Position numbers and translations under genes: made by a program. This document shows positions 53,656 through 62,749 of a DNA stretch of 64,000 bases, piece after piece. This stretch comes from Acidimicrobiia bacterium (GTDB lineage Bacteria; Actinomycetota; Acidimicrobiia; IMCC26256; DASPTH01): the NCBI GenBank assembly GCA_036502765.1, contig DASXXX010000031.1:56696-120695 (forward strand), written 5' to 3'. The first letter of the stretch is position 1; the number at the start of each line of letters is the position of its first letter. The notes beneath the pieces were generated by a model, which was not told the origin of the DNA, did no database searches, and saw only the letters and a program-made list of their open reading frames with translations.

Positions 53656-55310
53656 CCGGCGAGGTCGTGTCGAGCCGGCACTTCGAGCACGGGGAGCTCG
53701 GCTACGACGCCACGGTCCCCCGGATGCTCGAGGCCCTGGTCGCCGCGCACGGCGACAACGACTTCGTGGTGAGCACGACCGCCGACGGCTCGATCGACCG
53801 GGTGACGTACGCAGAGGCGGATGCTCGCTCAACCGAACTGGCCCGCACGTTGTTGGCGCTCGGCGTCGTGAAGGGCTCGCGGATCGGGATCCTGGCACCG
53901 AACGGACCCGACTTCGTGGTCGCATTTCTCGCCGCGACCCGCATCGGCGCGGTGGCGGTGCCGATCAACACGTTCTTCCAGGCGCGCGAAGTCGGTTGGG
54001 TCCTGCGCCACGCCGACATCCACACCGTGATCACCGTCCCCTCGATCCTCGGTCGCGACGTCCTCGATCGACTCGAGGCGAGCGTGCCCGGCCTCGTGGA
54101 CTCCCGCTCGGGCCCGCTGTCCATCCCCAGTACGCCCACGCTGCGCCACGTGGTCACCCTCGGCGTCACCGATCGCCAGTGGGTCACGGTGAGCGGCGAG
54201 CGCGCGAGTGCTGAGCTGCTCGCGTCGATGGAAGCCGCAGTCCGTCCCGCCGACGACCTGGTCGTGATCTACACGTCCGGGAGCACGTCGGATCCGAAAG
54301 GCGTGATCCACGCGCAGGGCACCTTGTTGCGTCACTCGCGGTTCATCGCCGACGGCCACGAGTGGACCGACCGCGACCGGGTGTACGTCCCGATGGCCTT
54401 CTTCTGGGTCGGCGGACTGATCTTCGGTGTGCTCGGCCCGATGCAGATCGGGGTCACCATCCTCACCGAGGAACGCTTCGACGCCGGAGAGGTGTTGCAA
54501 CTCCTGGAGAACGAGCGGGCGACCTACGCGACCGGGTTTCCCCACGTCGGCCCCGCCCTGGAAGCGCACCCACACTTCGCGTCGACTGATCTGTCGACGC
54601 TTCACGGTGGCTACCAGCAGAACCTGGTCGCGCCGGAGTTTCGCTCACCCGATCCGTCGCTCCGCGTCCGCCAACTGGGAATGACGGAGACCTGCAGTTC
54701 GCACACCTGGTGGCCGCCGAACGAGGAGCTCCCGGAGGAGAAGCGCGGATCGCTCGGCGTCACCGCACCCGGGTTCGAGCACAAGATCGTCGACGAGTGC
54801 GGCGCACGCGTCGCGCCGGGGGTTCACGGTGAGATCTGCGTCCGCGGGTGGCCCATGATGCGGGGAATGGTCGGTCGTAGCCGGCACGAGATCTTCGACC
54901 CTGACGGCTGGTACCACACGGGCGATTCCGCGTACTACGACGACGACGGTCACCTCTACTTCTCCGGCCGCCTCGACGACATGATCAAGACGTCAGGCGC
55001 CAACGTCGCGCCCGTCGAGGTCGAGAACGTGTTGTTCGAGATGCCGGAAGTGCGCGAGGCCTACGTCGTCGGAGTGCCTGACGACGACCGCGGCGCGACG
55101 GTCACCGGTGTCGTCGTTCTCCTGCCCGGGGCATCGGTGACCGCCGACGAGCTCGTGCGGCGATGCCGGAAGGTGCTCGCGGTGTACAAGGTCCCGAAGC
55201 GATGGACCATCCTTGCATCGGGTGACCCGCTTCCGTACACGACGACCAACAAGATCGACAAGCGGCGGTTGATCGAGCGGCTCGCCGACGGTGCACTTCC
55301 TGTCGCCTGA
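53652..55310 (+). CDS. AMP-dependent acyl-CoA synthetase/ligase
   Basis: The ATG overlaps the upstream stop (ATGA). IYTSGSTSDPKGVIH, GWYHTGDSAYYDDDGHLYFSGRLDDMIKTSGANV and C-terminal TTTNKIDKR. Confidence 0.9.
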   Translation: MTGEVVSSRHFEHGELGYDATVPRMLEALVAAHGDNDFVVSTTADGSIDRVTYAEADARSTELARTLLALGVVKGSRIGILAPNGPDFVVAFLAATRIGAVAVPINTFFQAREVGWVLRHADIHTVITVPSILGRDVLDRLEASVPGLVDSRSGPLSIPSTPTLRHVVTLGVTDRQWVTVSGERASAELLASMEAAVRPADDLVVIYTSGSTSDPKGVIHAQGTLLRHSRFIADGHEWTDRDRVYVPMAFFWVGGLIFGVLGPMQIGVTILTEERFDAGEVLQLLENERATYATGFPHVGPALEAHPHFASTDLSTLHGGYQQNLVAPEFRSPDPSLRVRQLGMTETCSSHTWWPPNEELPEEKRGSLGVTAPGFEHKIVDECGARVAPGVHGEICVRGWPMMRGMVGRSRHEIFDPDGWYHTGDSAYYDDDGHLYFSGRLDDMIKTSGANVAPVEVENVLFEMPEVREAYVVGVPDDDRGATVTGVVVLLPGASVTADELVRRCRKVLAVYKVPKRWTILASGDPLPYTTTNKIDKRRLIERLADGALPVA

Positions 55311-55317
55311 CGCGCGG

Positions 55318-56109
55318 ATGGGCACCGGGATTCGGGTCGTCAACCAGGGCGCGGTGTCCACCGTCGTACTCGACCGACCTGAGGTCATGAACCGATTCGA
55401 GGGCACGATGCGCGAGGGTCTCCTCGCGGCGCTCGAGGTCGCGGCGACCGATGCCGCCGTTCGTTGCGTAATGATCACCGGCGCGGGCTCTGCCTTCTCG
55501 GCGGGTGCGGACATCGAGGAACTCGTCCGATTGCACGAAGCGGAAGGGCGGGACGAGATCCGTCGGCGGGTCGAGGTCGGGGCAGAGATCGTGCGGCTGA
55601 TCCGCGCGATGGCGAAGCCAGTCGTCGCTGCGGTCGACGGCAATGCCGCGGGCGCGGGTGTCAACCTCGCGTTGGCCTGCGATCTCCGGGTGGGCTCGGA
55701 GCGTGCCGTGTTCACCGAGAGCTTCGTACGCATCGGCCTGATTCCGGATTGGGGAGGGTTCCACTCGCTCGTGCGGTTGGTCGGTGCGGGCCGAGCCGCC
55801 GACATGATGATGACCGGTACCCGGGTCGATGCCGTGACCGCGTACTCGCTGGGGATCCTGCAGCGGGTGTTCCCGACCGCGACGTTCCGTGCCGATGCCC
55901 TCGACTACGCGACGCGGCTCGCCGACGGACCACCGCGAGCCCTCGCTGCGATCAAGGAGGGGCTGCGGATCGCCGAGAACGACGCCATCGAGCGAGTCTT
56001 CGCACACGAACGGATGGTTCAGCCGGCGTTGTTCTCGGAGGCTGATTGCCTGGCGGGGTTGCGCGCGTTCCTCGAGAAGCGTCCGCCCGAGTTCCGGGGA
56101 TCTCGGTGA
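55318..56109 (+). CDS. Enoyl-CoA hydratase/isomerase (crotonase fold)
   Basis: VSTVVLDRPEVMNR ... VMITGAGSAFSAGADI ... PVVAAVDGNAAGAG. The alternative ATG 55291 would overlap the upstream gene by 20 nt. Confidence 0.85.
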   Translation: MGTGIRVVNQGAVSTVVLDRPEVMNRFEGTMREGLLAALEVAATDAAVRCVMITGAGSAFSAGADIEELVRLHEAEGRDEIRRRVEVGAEIVRLIRAMAKPVVAAVDGNAAGAGVNLALACDLRVGSERAVFTESFVRIGLIPDWGGFHSLVRLVGAGRAADMMMTGTRVDAVTAYSLGILQRVFPTATFRADALDYATRLADGPPRALAAIKEGLRIAENDAIERVFAHERMVQPALFSEADCLAGLRAFLEKRPPEFRGSR

Positions 56110-56133
56110 CGCCGGCGCCCGTGCTGGTCACAG

Positions 56134-56148
56134 GAACGTGCCCTGTTC
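56134..56148. promoter_or_regulatory. GAAC-N7-GTTC inverted repeat upstream of the second TetR gene
   Basis: GAACGTGCCCTGTTC ends 5 nt before a TAACAT hexamer (56154-56159), 50 nt upstream of ATG 56198. Confidence 0.45.
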
Positions 56149-56197
56149 TGGCGTAACATGACCCCCCGAGAGAGCGACGAACGCGAACGGGAGCACG

Positions 56198-56815
56198 ATG
56201 CCTCGAGGGTCACCAGCGATCAAGGATCCCGTCGTGTCCACTGACGACTCGACCCGGACCAAGATTCTCAAGGCCGCGCTCGAGTGCTTCATGCAGCTCG
56301 GCATCTCACGGACGAGCCTTCACGACGTCGCGCGGCACGCGCAGGTGTCACGCGGAACCGTCTACCGGTACTTCTCCGAGCGACAGGAGCTGATCGACGC
56401 AACGATCGAGCTCCGGGCGCAGAAGTACTACGACGAGGCCGCCAAGAAGATGGACGCGTTCGACACGTTGTCCGAACAGATCGGTGCGTTCGGTGAAGTG
56501 GTCGGACGCAACGTTGCCGACTACGTACGGCATCGTCTGCACGATGACGACTCCATGCTCATGCGACTCAGCGCCAGCGACCGGGATGGGGCGCTTCGAC
56601 GGATGACCCATTTCCTCGTGCCGTATCTCGAGGCGGCACGCACGCGGAGTGAGCTGCGCGCGGATGTCGATCCTGAAGAAGCCAGCGAGTGGCTGGCTCG
56701 GATGCTCATGTCGGTGACCGCGATGCAGTCTTCGACGGCCTTCGACGTCCGCCGACCCAAGTCCGTCGGGCGCTTCATGGCTCGGTACGGCGTGTCGGGT
56801 CTGTTGGGCGAGTGA
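56198..56815 (+). CDS. TetR-family transcriptional regulator (paralog 2)
   Basis: TKILKAALECFMQLGISRTSLHDVARHAQVSRGTVYRYFSERQELI. Collinear with the TetR at 18769. Its stop overlaps the next gene start (GTGA). Confidence 0.9.
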   Translation: MPRGSPAIKDPVVSTDDSTRTKILKAALECFMQLGISRTSLHDVARHAQVSRGTVYRYFSERQELIDATIELRAQKYYDEAAKKMDAFDTLSEQIGAFGEVVGRNVADYVRHRLHDDDSMLMRLSASDRDGALRRMTHFLVPYLEAARTRSELRADVDPEEASEWLARMLMSVTAMQSSTAFDVRRPKSVGRFMARYGVSGLLGE

Positions 56816-57237
56816 CCGAGGCCGCCTCCGCGGACATCGAGGCCGTCAAGATCGTGATGGCCCGGTACTTCCGCTTCATGGACACGAAGCAGTGGGACCT
56901 CCTTCGGGGGATCCTGGCCGACGACATGAGCATGGCGGCACCCGACGACGTCGCGGACTCCGAGCCGCTGGTCGGGGCGGATCGAGTCGTGCGCATGGTC
57001 GAACGCGTCCTCGGGTCCGCGGTGACGACTCATCGCGGCTACCTCCCGGAGATCGAGCTCGACGGGTCCGATCATGCTCATGGCGTCTGGGCCATGGACG
57101 ACCTCGTGGAGTTCGCCGCCACGCCCGACCAGAGCTTCCGCGGTTGTGGCCACTACCACGCGACCTACGTGCGCACCGACGACGGATGGAAGATCCAGTC
57201 GCTCGAGCTCCGGCGCCTCCGCCTGGATTCGGTCTGA
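56812..57237 (+). CDS. NTF2-like / SnoaL-like fold protein
   Basis: 141 aa. IEAVKIVMARYFRFMDTKQWDLLRGILADD ... GHYHATYVRTDDGWKIQSLELRRL. Confidence 0.75.
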   Translation: MTEAASADIEAVKIVMARYFRFMDTKQWDLLRGILADDMSMAAPDDVADSEPLVGADRVVRMVERVLGSAVTTHRGYLPEIELDGSDHAHGVWAMDDLVEFAATPDQSFRGCGHYHATYVRTDDGWKIQSLELRRLRLDSV

Positions 57238-57285
57238 CCCTTCTCGATGGCCCTGGGGCCGGAGGCCACGCGCCGAGGTACGATT

Positions 57286-57300
57286 GAGCACTCTGTGTTC
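57286..57300. promoter_or_regulatory. Imperfect 6-3-6 inverted repeat of the GAAC-N7-GTTC class
   Basis: GAGCAC-TCT-GTGTTC lies 26 nt upstream of GTG 57326. Confidence 0.4.
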
Positions 57301-57325
57301 ATCTGCCTAGCCCGAGGAGCGCCCC

Positions 57326-58609
57326 GTGGAGATCGAAAACGCCTGGCCGAACAACCCGGACCACGTCATCGATCTCGTCCCCGAGCCGCTCACTGCGCGC
57401 GTCTGGTACGGCGACGTCCTGCTGGCCGAGAGCACCGCGTCGTTCCGGCTGGAGGAGACCCGCCACGTCGACCGGCTGTACTTCCCCGAGGCCGACGTCA
57501 GGTGGGAGCACTTCGAGGAGTCGGTGGCCCACACCATCTGCCCGTTCAAGGGCGACGCGAGTTACTGGACGCTCACCGTGGCCGATGCGTCGGAGAAGAA
57601 CGTCGTCTGGACCTACCGGGATCCCTTCGACGAGGTGGCCGGCATCAAGGGGTACGTCTGCTTCTACCAGGAGCGAGTGCGAGTTGAACTGGTCGAGGCC
57701 TGGCCGGGGGATGGTGTGCTCGCGGTCGCGACCACGCCCTTCCCGGCGTGGGGCGATGCTGACGACCTCGTTCGTCTGATCGACGTCGAACCCAGCGGCC
57801 CGGGTCGCTTTGTCGGCCCGACCTACCGCGACACCGCTCGGAACGTCGTCGAGGGTGGCCAGATGCTCGCCCAGGCCATCGTGGCCGCGGAGAAGACGGT
57901 GCCCGATCAGCGGGTCACGTCCGCCTACATGATCTTCGCCAAGTCGGCGGCATTCGACTCGACGCTCGAGGTGGACGTCGAGGTCCTGCGGGGCGGGCGT
58001 ACCTTCTCGACCCTCGAGGTGAAGATCAGCCAGGACGACAAGCTCCGCAGCGCCGGAATGTTGCTGCTCGACTCGGGCACCACCGACGTGATCCGCGGTG
58101 AGATCCCCATGCCCGACGTCGGGGGCCCCGCGGACGCCGAGGAGATGAGCACCTTCCGCGTGACCGGTCGCGACATCCGCGTCCTCGACGGTGCGTACAA
58201 CGGCGATCCCGGCCTGGTCGGTTCGCCCGAGATCTACGCGTGGTGCCGGTTCCGGGACGCTCCCGCCGAGCGGTACCTGCACACCGCGTTGCTCGCGCAG
58301 TCCACGACGCACTGGACCATCGCCGCCGCCATGCGACCACACGCGGGGTTCGGTGAGGACATCGCGCACTCGACGCTCTCGACCGGCGTGATGTCGATCG
58401 CCATGGCGATGCACGAGGAGGTCGACGTGTCTCAGTGGCTCCTGTATGCGAATCCTGCGATCTACGCGGGGAACGGGCAGGCGCAAGGCGAGGGGCATGT
58501 CTTCACCGAGGACGGTCACCTCGTGGCGACCTACACGCTCCAAGCGATGATCCGCTCCTTCCAGCGCGACCCCTCCGACATGGGACTCGACTGGTCGAAC
58601 GCGATGTGA
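57326..58609 (+). CDS. Fusion protein: N-terminal DUF427 domain + C-terminal acyl-CoA thioesterase II (TesB-like double hot-dog)
   Basis: The first ~125 aa (RVWYGDVLLAESTASFRLEETRHVDRLYFPEADV...CPFKGDASYWTL...GYVCFYQERV) match my recollection of the DUF427 pattern. The remainder (GRFVGPTY...VVEGGQMLAQAIVAAEKTVP...RGGRTFSTLEV) is TesB-like. Confidence 0.8.
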   Translation: MEIENAWPNNPDHVIDLVPEPLTARVWYGDVLLAESTASFRLEETRHVDRLYFPEADVRWEHFEESVAHTICPFKGDASYWTLTVADASEKNVVWTYRDPFDEVAGIKGYVCFYQERVRVELVEAWPGDGVLAVATTPFPAWGDADDLVRLIDVEPSGPGRFVGPTYRDTARNVVEGGQMLAQAIVAAEKTVPDQRVTSAYMIFAKSAAFDSTLEVDVEVLRGGRTFSTLEVKISQDDKLRSAGMLLLDSGTTDVIRGEIPMPDVGGPADAEEMSTFRVTGRDIRVLDGAYNGDPGLVGSPEIYAWCRFRDAPAERYLHTALLAQSTTHWTIAAAMRPHAGFGEDIAHSTLSTGVMSIAMAMHEEVDVSQWLLYANPAIYAGNGQAQGEGHVFTEDGHLVATYTLQAMIRSFQRDPSDMGLDWSNAM

Positions 58610-58640
58610 GCGGCGTCACGGTCTGGTCGTACGGACGGTG

Positions 58641-59771
58641 TCAAGACACCGCGGCGCGGTTCGTCGGGGTCGCACTCTCGTGAGGGTGCTGCTCCACGGG
58701 TGTCACCACGCCACCTCGCCGATGGGAGCGCCGCGCCGCGGCCATGACCTCCTGGCAGCGGAGCCCATCGAGAAAGCTGGGCGTGAGCTGACGGCCAGCC
58801 GCTACGGCCTCCACGATCTGCTCCGCCCAGGCTTCGAGCGGCCCGCGGCTCGGGTGGGAGTGCACGACATCGGCGGCGAAGTGGCGTGTCGTGGCGTTTC
58901 CCGCATCGTCCACGATGCGCAGGAATCGATCGTTCTCGAGCACCGCGGTGCGCGACGTGCCGTACATCTCGATGCGCGGACCGATCTCCGCGCCGATGGT
59001 GCTCACGGAGTTGATCGTGCAGACGATCCCGGATTCCGTCGTGAGTCGCGCGCAGAAGCCGTCGTCCGCCGTGATGGGTGTGGTCGCTCCCGCCGAGGAC
59101 AGGTGCTCTCGCCTGACCTCGAGGTGCGCCGCGACGGAGCGGATCTCGCCGAACCACGCGCGCAACGCGTCGACGTAGTGCGACCCCATTGCGCCGAGCC
59201 AACCGCCTCCGTCCTCGCTGCGTAGCCACCATCCTTCCCGATTCATCACGGGGAAGCGCGCGCCGGCGACCATGGCGGTGACGACGACCTGGTGCACGTC
59301 CCCCAGGTCGCCTCGCTCGATGAGCGCCGCCAGCGCTCGGCGCGCGGGATCGGTGCGGAACTCGAAGTCGAGGAAGTGGAGGCGACGGGCTTCGGTCGCG
59401 CGTTCGAGCATCTCCAACGCCTCAGCCGGCCCCAGTCCGAATGGCTTCTCGCAGGCAACGTGCTTTCCCGCGTCGAGTGCCGTCAGTACTGCGTCGCGAT
59501 GAAGGTGTGGTGGCGTGGCGACGAACACGAGGTCGACATCGGCGCGCTCGCAGAGCTCACTCATCTGATCGGTGGCGAACGGAACACCGAGCCGTGCGGC
59601 CTCAGCACGCGCGCGGGTGAGGTTGCGGCTGTAGATGCCATTGACAGAGGCGCCCGTGGCCGCCGCGAATGCCGGCGCCGCGACGACGGTTCCGAACCCG
59701 GTGCCGATGATCCCGATGCCGACCGAGGTGTTCTTCAAGGGTCCACCCTCCGCGCGCGTGTGCCGTCGCAT
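58641..59771 (-). CDS. Gfo/Idh/MocA-family NAD(P)-dependent oxidoreductase
   Basis: VGIGIIGTGFGTVVAAPAF ... DLVFVATPPHLHRDAVLTALDAGKHVACEKPFG. The start is uncertain: ATG 59771, or TTG 59738 preceded by GGAGGG. Confidence 0.85.
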   Translation of the reverse strand: MRRHTRAEGGPLKNTSVGIGIIGTGFGTVVAAPAFAAATGASVNGIYSRNLTRARAEAARLGVPFATDQMSELCERADVDLVFVATPPHLHRDAVLTALDAGKHVACEKPFGLGPAEALEMLERATEARRLHFLDFEFRTDPARRALAALIERGDLGDVHQVVVTAMVAGARFPVMNREGWWLRSEDGGGWLGAMGSHYVDALRAWFGEIRSVAAHLEVRREHLSSAGATTPITADDGFCARLTTESGIVCTINSVSTIGAEIGPRIEMYGTSRTAVLENDRFLRIVDDAGNATTRHFAADVVHSHPSRGPLEAWAEQIVEAVAAGRQLTPSFLDGLRCQEVMAAARRSHRRGGVVTPVEQHPHESATPTNRAAVS

Positions 59772-59789
59772 CTCGTGCTGCGTACTATA

Positions 59790-59809
59790 CAACACGACGA
59801 ATTCTGTTG
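59790..59809. promoter_or_regulatory. Imperfect 20-bp palindrome in an AT-rich patch
   Basis: CAACACGACGAATTCTGTTG (CAACA..TGTTG arms around GAATTC) lies between the cyclase stop and the oxidoreductase start on the minus strand. Confidence 0.3.
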
Positions 59810-59849
59810 AACTGTGCACTCACACGCGCTCGAAGTGCTTTCGATCCGG

Positions 59850-60761
59850 CTACTTGATCGCGAGGGGATTGAGCGGCGTCCCCACCGCGTTCGCGAACTT
59901 CAGCACCGGCGCGCACAACAGGAACTCCCAGACCCCGTCTGCCGCGCAGTCTGCGGCGAGCGCTTCGAGGTCGAACATCTCCCCGAGCGTCATTCCCATG
60001 TCGCGGATCAGCACGTAGTGGACCGGGAGTTGTGCGTCGTCGAGGCCACTCGGATACCTCTCGACCGCCCAGTTGTCGACCGCCAGGGCTGCGACGTCGC
60101 GGGCGTGCAACCAGGCGCAGCAGTCGATGGTGAGCCCCGGCTCATTGGCCATGAACGCCTCGGCCGACACGTCGCGGAAGACCCGGGTCCATCCGGTGCG
60201 CACGAGCACGATGTCACCCGGGCGAACCTCGACGCCCTGGCGTTGCTCGGCTGCCTCGAGGTCGTCGGGACCGACGCCCTGTTGTGGAGGCAGACAGTCG
60301 ACGCCGTGGAGCGCAGCGATGTCGAGCAGCACACCGCGGCCGACGATGCCGCGCCCGAGCCGGTCGATCCCCAGACGTGACGCGCCGTGCGCGGTGATCG
60401 CCGAGACGGGGACGTCGTTGTAACAGCGATCGTCGTAGAACACGTGGGCCAGCCCATCCCACTGGGTCGCGCACTGCAACGGCATGAAGACGAAGTCGTC
60501 GGTGAACCCACCGCCGTCGGGGAAGCGGGGCTCGCCGGTCGCCGACATGAGGTGCACCGGGTTGGTCCGCCCACCGAGCCCCGTCTGCGGGCCGTCGGCG
60601 CCGAGGGTGTACCCGAGGTCGAACACCCTCCCGGTGCGGGCCAGGGTCGCGGCGGCGGCGATCCGTTCGGGCGTGATCAGGTTGACCGTCCCGATCTCGT
60701 CGTCCGCCCCCCATCGTCCCCAGTTCGACAGCTCCCGTCCCACGGTCCGGAACTCCGCCAT
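59850..60761 (-). CDS. Putative-cyclase-family protein (kynurenine-formamidase-like fold)
   Basis: LSNWGRWGADDEIGTVNLITPE ... VFDLG. The usual HxGTHxDxPxH region reads QCATQWDGLAH, with His positions replaced by Gln. An alternative start exists at 60791. Confidence 0.75.
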   Translation of the reverse strand: MAEFRTVGRELSNWGRWGADDEIGTVNLITPERIAAAATLARTGRVFDLGYTLGADGPQTGLGGRTNPVHLMSATGEPRFPDGGGFTDDFVFMPLQCATQWDGLAHVFYDDRCYNDVPVSAITAHGASRLGIDRLGRGIVGRGVLLDIAALHGVDCLPPQQGVGPDDLEAAEQRQGVEVRPGDIVLVRTGWTRVFRDVSAEAFMANEPGLTIDCCAWLHARDVAALAVDNWAVERYPSGLDDAQLPVHYVLIRDMGMTLGEMFDLEALAADCAADGVWEFLLCAPVLKFANAVGTPLNPLAIK

Positions 60762-60816
60762 CACCGCTCCCCCTCTCCACGTGCTCGGCACTGTCGATCC
60801 GGTGTCGTGGTGTCGC

Positions 60817-62082
60817 TCAGTAGGGCTGATCCACGCCGACGATCGGGCCGGGCGTGAACGTCGCCGACAGATCGACGAGGCCGGTCATCGCGGGACCGCC
60901 GATGTACTCGTGCACCTCGTCGACGTCGACGCGGTAGTCGGGAATCCGGTTGAGGACCTCGTGGATCTGCACTTCGAACATGGTGCGGGCGAAGTTGGAT
61001 CCGACGCACCGGTGCGGCCCGAGCCCGAAACCGAGATGGCGGTTCTCGGCTCGGTCGAGGATCACCTCATCGGGCCGCTCGAACGCGCTCTCGTCGTGGT
61101 TCGCCGACAACATGCTGATGAGCACGCGGTCGTTTGCCCGGAGCTCCTGTCCGCACAGCTCCACGTCTCGCGTCACGGTGCGAGCGAGCGTCTGGTTCAC
61201 GGTGTAGTAGCGCAGGAACTCGTCGGCTGCTCGCGGCAGCAGGTCGGGGCGCGCGATCAGCTGATCGCGGAGATGCGGGTGCGCGGCCAGGTGCCAGAGC
61301 GTCCACGACGTGAGGGCGGTCGTGGTGTCGACGCCGCCCCCGATGAGGTTCCAGAGGATGTCGATCACCTGGTCCTCCGTGAGTGGTGAACCGTCGATCT
61401 CGAGGTGCACGAGGAAGCTCGTGAGGTCATCGCGCTGCTGCACCCGACGGTCGGCGACGACCTCACGCAGCCGAAGGTCGAGCACGCTCGCGTCGACGAC
61501 GTCGTCCTGGCCGGGCGCGTCCGCAGCCGTCATCGTCGAGTGGAAGAACGCGGCGTAGAGCTTCCAGTCGTCGCAAGGTAGACCGAACATCTTCATGGTC
61601 AGAATCGCCGGCACCGGACTCGCGTAGTCGAGCACGAGGTCCATCCGACCGTCGGCGATCTTCTGGTCGAGGAACCAGGTGACTGCCTGCTCCATGAAGG
61701 GTCGCATCGCATCGACGGCCTGAGGGCTGAAGAAGGGGTTCAGCGCTCGGCGCAACGCGGCGTGGTACGAGCCGTCGACCTCGGCGACGCCGAGCGGCGG
61801 GAGACCCTCGGGGCGCGGAACGCCAACCGCGCCGCCATAGTTGAGGCCGTCCTGTGGGTCGGGTGCGTAGCGGTGGGAGAACGTCTCGTCGTCGCGCATG
61901 ACGGTGGCGACGCCTTCGTAGTTCGACACCATCCAGAACCCGCCGTACCGCGTGTTGAACGCGACCGGGCAACGATCGCGGACCTTCTCCCATTCCGTGA
62001 GCTCGTCGAGGTTGAACGCGTTCGTGTGGTGGTCGACGTCGACGAGCTTCTCGGGGCTCACGTCGGACGGTTTCGTGGTCAT
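60817..62082 (-). CDS. Cytochrome P450
   Basis: FGLGPHRCVGSNFAR heme motif and GGVDTT I-helix. Start set to ATG 62082, preceded by GGGGGG; the longer ORF extension crosses the promoter island. Confidence 0.9.
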   Translation of the reverse strand: MTTKPSDVSPEKLVDVDHHTNAFNLDELTEWEKVRDRCPVAFNTRYGGFWMVSNYEGVATVMRDDETFSHRYAPDPQDGLNYGGAVGVPRPEGLPPLGVAEVDGSYHAALRRALNPFFSPQAVDAMRPFMEQAVTWFLDQKIADGRMDLVLDYASPVPAILTMKMFGLPCDDWKLYAAFFHSTMTAADAPGQDDVVDASVLDLRLREVVADRRVQQRDDLTSFLVHLEIDGSPLTEDQVIDILWNLIGGGVDTTTALTSWTLWHLAAHPHLRDQLIARPDLLPRAADEFLRYYTVNQTLARTVTRDVELCGQELRANDRVLISMLSANHDESAFERPDEVILDRAENRHLGFGLGPHRCVGSNFARTMFEVQIHEVLNRIPDYRVDVDEVHEYIGGPAMTGLVDLSATFTPGPIVGVDQPY

Positions 62083-62121
62083 TGATCCCCCCGAACCCAG
62101 TGGGCGGCATCGCGCCGCCGG

Positions 62122-62157
62122 AGTGTACAAGCATACACTCACTGTTGAGATGTCATA
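62122..62157. promoter_or_regulatory. AT-rich divergent promoter/operator island
   Basis: AGTGTA-CAAGCA-TACACT carries back-to-back reverse-complementary TAnnnT-like hexamers. It contains TGTACAAGCATACA (62124-62137), and its TGAGATGTCATA (62146-62157) is the reverse complement of the 12-mer at 32185-32196. Confidence 0.45.
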
Positions 62158-62199
62158 GAGGGCGTGCCCGGGCGGATCGATCGCAGGCGGAGGAAGACG

Positions 62200-62655
62200 A
62201 TGAAGCGCAGCGGGTTGTTCCACGTGGGGATCGTCGTCCCCGATCTCGAATCGGCGTGCGACCACTTTGCCGACCTGCTGGGGCTCGAGTGGGGCCCGAC
62301 CATCGAGAGTGCCTTCGAGTTGCTCGATGGCGACGGCCAGATCGTCGCCGGCGACATCCGCGTGTGCAACTCGACCGAGCCTCCGTACATCGAACTGATC
62401 GAGGCGATTCCGGGCACCATCTGGGCGTGCAACGAGGTCTCCAACCTTCACCACGTCGCCTTCTACGCCGACGACGTGGCCGGCGGATCTGCCCAGCTCC
62501 TCTCCATGGGGTGTCCGCTCGAGATCTCGGGGCTCGAAGCTGGTGCCGGATTCGTGTACCACCTCGATCCACTGCGCGTGCGCATCGAGTACATCGATCT
62601 CGCGTTGCGCCCGGCGCTCGAGGCGTACAACTATCGGAAGTCGGCGTCCGGCTGA
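62200..62655 (+). CDS. VOC-family protein (glyoxalase/dioxygenase fold)
   Basis: LFHVGIVVPDLESACDHFADLLGLEWGP ... NLHHVAFYADDV. ATG 62200 is preceded by GGAGGAAG. Confidence 0.8.
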   Translation: MKRSGLFHVGIVVPDLESACDHFADLLGLEWGPTIESAFELLDGDGQIVAGDIRVCNSTEPPYIELIEAIPGTIWACNEVSNLHHVAFYADDVAGGSAQLLSMGCPLEISGLEAGAGFVYHLDPLRVRIEYIDLALRPALEAYNYRKSASG

Positions 62656-62749
62656 CACGGCCACGCGGGGAAGCATCGTCCGAGGGTTGACGCTCCGTCG
62701 CCCGGATGCGTTCAGCGAGCGGATCCGCGGTGCTGCAGCAGTGGTTCGG

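Noticed and set aside
51967-53925. 652-aa minus-strand ORF. The same applies to 42960..44642, 34068..35489, 11659..13047, 47640..48773 and 12990..14291.
   Set aside because: All are shadow ORFs overlapping confidently assigned genes, with low-complexity Arg/Asp/Gly-rich translations.
59850-60761. Degenerate metal-binding motif (QCATQWDGLAH instead of HxGTHxDxPxH) in the cyclase-family protein as a novelty
   Set aside because: My recollection is that a Gln-containing variant of this motif is common in a large subfamily. I cannot establish novelty without a database search, so it is noted only in the feature evidence.
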